Shown here in pieces: positions 58,658 to 64,000 of a stretch of 64,000 nucleotides of DNA (position 1 is its first letter; every line of letters begins with the position of its first letter). Where the stretch lies: the NCBI GenBank assembly GCA_963777955.1, contig CAVZSQ010000018.1, positions 117,174-181,173 on the forward strand. Direction: 5' to 3'. A program made the position numbers and the translations under genes. The notes under the pieces were generated by a model that saw only the letters and a list, made by a program, of their open reading frames with translations, was not told where the DNA came from and ran no database searches. This DNA is from Calditrichia bacterium. GTDB lineage: Bacteria > Calditrichota > Calditrichia > JAJRVZ01.

Positions 58658-59683
58658 ATGACCGATCAACAATGGGACACCCTGCAAAAAATTATTAAAG
58701 GGGACATCATAAAACCTTTACCGGTAGGATTTATTATCGATTGCCCCTGGTTACCCAACTGGTACGGCATTAAAATTCTGGATTATTTTTCCAATGACGA
58801 GCTATGGTTGCAGTCGAACCTGAAAGCTCTTAAAGACTTTCCCGAAGTCATGTTTCTGCCCGGTTTCTGGTCGGAGTTCGGCATGTGCACCGAGCCCTCG
58901 GCATTCGGCGCCCGCTGCAACTTTCCCATCAATGAATTCCCCCATGCTCATGGCATTATAAAATCCCCGGATGATATCGATTCATTACCCGAGCCTGATC
59001 CCCGCTCGGATGGTCTGTTACCTTTTGTGCTGAATCGTCTGAAACTGGCCCAGCCGAAGATTGAGGCGGCTGGCCACAAAATACGTTTCGCCGTAGCCCG
59101 CGGTCCCCTGAATATCGGCGGGTACCTGATGGGGGTAACGGAATTCATGACGCTGATGCTGATGGAACCGGAAAAAGCGGAAATGCTGATCAGGAAAATT
59201 ACCAATTATCTGAAAAACTGGCTGCAGTTGCAGCTGGAGACCTTTCCCAGTATCGACGGTGTCTTTCTGCTTGATGATATCATCGGTTTTATCGGCGAGA
59301 ATGAATTCCGCACTTTCGCTTTGCCGTATTTTAAAGAATTATATGATGTAAATGTATCGGTAAAATTTTTACATAATGATGCCCGCTGCAAGGTCTCGGC
59401 ACCATTCTTGCCGGAAATAGGAATCAATTTATTCAACATGGGTTTCGATATCACTTTAAATGAATTAAAGCAACTGACTCAGAACAAGGTAGTCATGTTG
59501 GGTAACATTCCTCCCCGTGATGTCCTGGCTGCCGGTCCCGCTGCTGAGATCACCCGGGTTACCACGGAACTGGTCAACTCCCTGCCGGATAAATCCAGAG
59601 TTATTTTCTCCTGCGGCGGCGGCATGCCCCCGGGGGTGAGTTCGGATAATATCCGGACGTTTATTCAGGCGGTGAGAAAGTAG
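58658..59683 (+). CDS. Uroporphyrinogen decarboxylase / MtaA-CmuA methyltransferase superfamily protein
   Basis: RGPLNI, FLLDD, FLHND, LGNIPPRDVL, IFSCGGGMPPG..DNI; lacks the HemE RQAGR motif. Confidence 0.75.
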   Translation: MTDQQWDTLQKIIKGDIIKPLPVGFIIDCPWLPNWYGIKILDYFSNDELWLQSNLKALKDFPEVMFLPGFWSEFGMCTEPSAFGARCNFPINEFPHAHGIIKSPDDIDSLPEPDPRSDGLLPFVLNRLKLAQPKIEAAGHKIRFAVARGPLNIGGYLMGVTEFMTLMLMEPEKAEMLIRKITNYLKNWLQLQLETFPSIDGVFLLDDIIGFIGENEFRTFALPYFKELYDVNVSVKFLHNDARCKVSAPFLPEIGINLFNMGFDITLNELKQLTQNKVVMLGNIPPRDVLAAGPAAEITRVTTELVNSLPDKSRVIFSCGGGMPPGVSSDNIRTFIQAVRK

Positions 59684-59719
59684 AGGCACAGGCACTGAGG
59701 CACTGAGGAACAGAGAGAG

Positions 59720-59790
59720 GTCATTGCGAGTCCGGCGGCTGCCGGACGAAGCAATCTCTGTTCTGTCATCCCGGGCTTGACCCGGGATCT
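59720..59790 (+). repeat. Two adjacent short palindromic elements (REP/RPE-like)
   Basis: GTCATTGCGAG..CCGGC..GCCGG..GAAGCAATCTC and GTCATCCCGGGCTTGACCCGGGATCT. Confidence 0.65.
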
Positions 59791-59885
59791 ATCTTGGCCG
59801 GAAGGGTAAACAAAAAAAAGTAGTTTTTGTTTCTTTGCCGTTACCCGTTACCCTTTTTTGTGTGAGGTGCATAAGATCGTTGAAT

Positions 59886-59999
59886 GTACTGATGCCGGAG
59901 GCATCAAACATTTATAGCCCGGTGTGTTTAACACGGAGTAAGAAGATTACCCCCAACCTCCAGATTCCCTCTCCCATGATTTTCGGGGGAGAGGGGGCA
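59886..59999 (+). repeat. Palindromic intergenic repeat family A, copy 2
   Basis: GTACTGATGCCGGAGGCATCA..TAGCCCGGTGTG..CACGG, then CCCTCTCCC..GGGAGAGGG. Confidence 0.7.
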
Positions 60000-60025
60000 A
60001 CAATAAGCAGAAAGAGGTCTCTGTT

Positions 60026-60506
60026 ATGGCAAAAAAAATCAATATTTTACTATTGATTCTGTTGTTCCTTACCATTCTTCTTTCCGGTTATTTATTTTAT
60101 CTGAATAATTCTCTTAAGAAAGAGTTGGCCGCGATTAAAAATGAAAATGATCGATTAAGCAATCTGATTTCAACTCTGAATAAAGAAAAGGATGAACAGG
60201 GTAATCAGCAGAATAATTTCCGCGGGACTGTCGGATTTGAATATCAGAAGATTTAAAAAGAAGGGTATAGCGGATCCGGCAAATTATATCGTTGACAATT
60301 TATTGAAATCTCCGGAACTGATACCGGTCGAGGGAACATTGGGCGGTACGCCCTATTTTGACCGGTCGACGACCTGGATACTGTCTAAGCAGTGGGTTTA
60401 TACCGTGTTCAGCGACGGGCATTTCGAGGGAAAGGCACTTTTAAAATACGAAATTGCCGATGATCAGAAAATCAACTGGCAGGTGATTGATTTTTATTTG
60501 GAATAG
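60026..60506 (+). CDS. Hypothetical membrane-anchored protein (one frameshift)
   Basis: N-terminal TM and coiled coil (ORF 60026) continuing into PELIPVEGTLGG..FSDGHFEG (ORF 60192). Confidence 0.6.
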
Positions 60507-60578
60507 ATTTTCTGAAATATTTATTTTAATAGCCATTACCCTTTACCCTTTTCCCTCTGACTACAAGGAGACCTTCCA

Positions 60579-60908
60579 ATGCAAATGAAAAACATCCCCT
60601 TCGGTATAACTGACTGGAGCACTATTAAACCGGAACAACATAAAGGCGAGTCCGGCACGGCTACCTCGCAGACCTGCCAGTTCGGCGAAATCCGCGTGCG
60701 CATGGTGGAGTATTCCCCAGGCTATAAGGCTGATCACTGGTGCAGCAAGGGGCATATACTGCTTTGCCTGGAAGGGGAGTTGCAAACCGAAACCAAGGAC
60801 GGACGGACACAGGTCTTACGCCCCGGCATCAGTTACCAGGTGGCTGATGATGATGTTCCGCACCGTTCTTACACCAAAAACGGTGCGAAGATTTTTATTG
60901 TTGATTAG
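60579..60908 (+). CDS. DHCW-motif cupin fold protein
   Basis: IPFGITDWS..HKGESG, YKADHWCSKGHILLCLEGEL, SYQVAD..PHRS. Confidence 0.85.
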   Translation: MQMKNIPFGITDWSTIKPEQHKGESGTATSQTCQFGEIRVRMVEYSPGYKADHWCSKGHILLCLEGELQTETKDGRTQVLRPGISYQVADDDVPHRSYTKNGAKIFIVD

Positions 60909-60913
60909 AAGGA

Positions 60914-60962
60914 CGGTCGTCCCGAATACTCCCCGACCTGTCGGGGAATCTCGACGACCGGA
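60914..60962 (+). repeat. Nested-hairpin repeat family B, copy 1
   Basis: CGGTCGTCCCGAATACTCCCCGACCTGTCGGGGAATCTCGACGACCGG. Confidence 0.75.
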
Positions 60963-61175
60963 TAGCTAGTTGACACGTGCTATCCCGACCAGAGTCCAGG
61001 GGACAGACTATCGGCCAGGCCATAAAAGATTTTTCTTTGTACACGCATAATTCTGTGATTATATTATTATCGTTAGGTTATTCTGTTACCTCCAAATTTC
61101 CGACGCAGTATGAAATTTAGACTTCGCGGAAAATTTTGTGTTTGATTATTTTAATAGAATGTGAAGTAAAATATG

Positions 61176-61340
61176 ATCACTTAATCCCGTAGGGATTAAG
61201 TGATAGTAGCCCAGCAATTTATTGCTGGGTATAAAGAGCACAAAACATTTCGACCGTCCCCATAGGGACGGTATGATATTTTATGATTGTAGATTCCCGG
61301 CAATGAATTGCCGGGATATTTTCAATCATTCCTGCGGGAC
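61176..61340. repeat. REP/MITE-like multi-hairpin element
   Basis: ATCACTTAATCCCGTAGGGATTAAGTGAT, CCCAGCAATTTATTGCTGGG, CGTCCCCATAGGGACG, CCCGGCAATGAATTGCCGGG. Confidence 0.7.
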
Positions 61341-61360
61341 AAGTCTCGGAGAAATGAATT

Positions 61361-61929
61361 ATGAAACAATATTTTATAATTATATTATTTGTAATTATCC
61401 TGAATAACTGCACCGGCGATGGAATTTCAGACTCAGTTAATTTCTATTTTACATACTTCCCCTTGAGAGTCGGAAATATCTGGTATTATAATGATACCGG
61501 ATCTGCCAGTAATGAACCACATTTAAGACGGATTATAAAAAATAGCATAGAAATTAACAGGAAAATGTATCATGTGGTCGAAGATACTTATGGATACAAT
61601 AGTCAATGGCCTGTAAGTAATATTGATACAGTATATAAAGATGGTCAGGGCAGAATTTTTAGATATTCGGGTAATGAAGATTATTTATTGTATGATTTTT
61701 CTTCGATAGATGGATCCTCATATAATTATAAAGATTATGTTGTAACAGTAAAAAAAGTCGGATTGGTTGAAACTCCGGCTGGTAATTTCGATAATTGTAT
61801 TGAAATATTGTTTGACATTCCGGTTCGATCGATGACGAGACCTGGTATACGTTTGCACCTTTTGTCGGTCTGATCTTGAAAAGGATGGGTGAAGGGCCGA
61901 GTCATATATTGGATTCATATGAATTCTAA
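61361..61929 (+). CDS. Hypothetical AT-rich lipoprotein (frameshift near 3' end)
   Basis: ILNNC lipobox, YFPLRVGNIWYY, VETPAGNFDNCI. Confidence 0.65.
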
Positions 61930-62157
61930 TATTATTTGAAATAGGTATTATTATCCGATCCTCCGGATTCTTTTTCCTTTGACCGCTCTACTTTGGAACA
62001 GTAAGAAAGAATAGTCAGAGTATAAATGAGTAACAATGACTAGGGCATCGAATGTTTATAACTCTGTGTTTTGAGGAGGAGTAAATGGATATCTCCCAAA
62101 CCTTGTGTCCCCTCCCTTATGTATAAGGGAGGGGATTTAAAAGGAGGGTCAAAACAC

Positions 62158-62205
62158 CGGTCGTCCCGATATTCCCCGGCCTGTCGGGGAACTCGACGAT
62201 CGGGA
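62158..62205 (+). repeat. Nested-hairpin repeat family B, copy 2
   Basis: CGGTCGTCCCGATATTCCCCGGCCTGTCGGGGAACTCGACGATCGG. Confidence 0.75.
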
Positions 62206-62283
62206 TTTAAAAATATTTGACATGCTGAACCGGGCTTAGTAATATTCAGGGGAGACGATTGTCCTGGTATAGGACTTGAGAAC

Positions 62284-62503
62284 TATGACTAACCGGTTTA
62301 TTCTGTGTATATCATTCATTTTTATCTCAATAAAGATTTCTTTTTCTGCTTTCGCCAGGGATACACAAAAAATATTCAAACATTTTTCTACCGAACAGGG
62401 ATTGTCCAACAGCGATCCTTTTTTTATTGTCCGACAAAGTATCGAACGCGAACTGAATATCATCAATTATGATCTGGTATTACATCAGTCTTTAAGAGGA
62501 TGA
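62284..62503 (+). pseudogene. N-terminal fragment of a two-component regulator propeller (Reg_prop) protein
   Basis: Signal peptide followed by FKHFSTEQGLSN, after which similarity is lost. Confidence 0.45.
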
Positions 62504-62581
62504 AAGGGGGTGAAATTTTAAAATATATTGAAGGGGCGATCAATTAATTGTAGTGTTTAACACCACAAGAAGGAGATTTTT

Positions 62582-64000
62582 ATGGTCAAACAGATATCAA
62601 TTTTACTGGTATTAGTATTTTTCGCCGCAGGTTCTATCTTTGCTGCCGACAAATATGTGATGCAGAAATTCGAATCGCAGGCCATGGGCGCATCCGGCTG
62701 GAACAGCGGCTGGGGTGATGCCAAAGTTGGAACTCCCGCCTGGGCAGCGGATACCAGCGGCTTGTCGGCCGGCGCATTGAAAATGTCTATCGATGCTTCG
62801 CTGGGCACCAGCGGTAACCACAAGGCCGCTTTCGCTAATGAAAACATTCCGGTAATCATACTCGGCGATACAGCTACCACTATATCTTTTGATGTATGGA
62901 TACCCGCAGATTTTCCAGTCGACTGGGCATTTGCAGGTTTTTGGTCAGGCAGTTATCGGTTATGACTGGGAATCCGATACCTACAATGCCATGGATTTAA
63001 ATCTCGGCGACTGGACCACGGTCAGTTTTAATATTGCTTCGCGTATTGCAGCCGGCAGAGATATGTCGAATGGTATGAAAGCAGGAGTCGAGTATTATTT
63101 TGCAGACGGTACCAACTGGACAGGTGCTGTTTTTGCGGATAATATTACTCTGGACGGTGTCAGAAATCCTGTCGAGGAAATGCTGGCTGATTTTGAAGTG
63201 GAAGCCCTGGGTGCCAATGGCTGGAATGCCGGGTGGGGTGATTCCCGTGTTGGCACACCGGCCCGTATCGCCGATCCGATCGGAACAGGGGGCAGCACCG
63301 GCGTCCTGGAAATGCAACTGAATCCTGCACTGGGTGCAACCGGTAGCCATAATGCTGCATTCGACAATGAGAATGTTAATCTTATTAACGAAGGGGATAC
63401 GGCCCATACATTGCAGATTGATGTGTACCTGCCTGCTGGTATGCCCACGGGCGGCGGTATACAGATTTTCGGCCAGACCAGGAATAATTGGACCTGGCAG
63501 GCCGATTGGTATGATTTAAATTCAATAACTCTGGGAGCCTGGACTACCCTCAGCTTCGATCTTAAAACCCGAATCGAAACTGTTTCTGGTTATGATATCA
63601 GCGGCGGATTGAAAGCCGGGATTGAGGTAAAATTCAACTCTGCCGATTCGGCAACGGGCTGGACCGGTTCTTTATATGCAGACAATATAAAACTAATTGG
63701 CGTGCACAAGGTTGTGGTCGTAGGCCTGGAATCACCGGCTATAACTGCCGTGACCATGGATACGGTACTGAATGCCACTACCGGGACGCCGATTTATGAA
63801 CATATTATTGAATGGACCGATCTTTCTGCAGACATGGGTGAAACCTATAATATCTATATGAGCAAATCCGCTCCGATCACGGATGTTCTGGCAGCTGATG
63901 TAATATTAATTTCCGAGCAGGTTCCCCGCGGAATACAGATCTGGCATGAAAGGCCGGAAACAGTTGACGGCAACCAGGTGAGTTATTATTATACCGTTAC
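62582..64000 (+). CDS. Secreted protein with tandem Trp-rich carbohydrate-binding-like domains (frameshift near 62930; runs off window)
   Basis: Signal peptide; FESQAMGASGWNSGWGDAKVGTP and FEVEALGANGWNAGWGDSRVGTP repeats; reading frame stays open to 64000. Confidence 0.65.

Noticed and set aside
58290-62210. Possible CRISPR array among the repeats
   Set aside because: No regularly spaced identical repeats with unique spacers, and no cas genes

Overview
Bacterial chromosomal window, probably FCB-group and likely Calditrichota or a close relative (inferred from gene style, not from a search). The first ~22 kb is a + strand housekeeping run: nadC, ltaE, birA, coaX, a GAF/PAS histidine kinase, mutS, HU/IHF, bamD, nadD, a NadE-type glutaminase, accB/accC and gcvH/gcvPA/gcvPB. 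Three receiver-domain proteins are interleaved, one of them a degenerate REC-GGDEF protein sitting between gcvPA and gcvPB. The run ends at tRNA-Lys(UUU), followed by a decayed tyrosine-integrase remnant and an AT-rich Asp-box beta-propeller gene. From ~25.6 to ~58 kb lies a glucuronoxylan/hemicellulose utilisation locus: uxuA, a uxuB-like reductase, a GPH transporter, xylA, a LacI regulator with two matching promoter-operator sites, GH8, GH115, GH43, GH10, GH94 and GH130. The locus has no SusD. In its place is a four-gene outer-membrane cassette: SurA/PpiC-like chaperone, TonB-dependent receptor, a ~1,160-aa protein with a variant T9SS-like C-terminal domain, and a PorV-like barrel. This cassette is the best candidate for an undescribed system. 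The last 6 kb holds a UroD/MtaA-family gene, small hypotheticals, several REP/MITE-like palindromic repeats and a partial secreted tandem-domain protein. Many genes carry single-base frameshifts, including the essential accC, so these are most likely long-read consensus errors.
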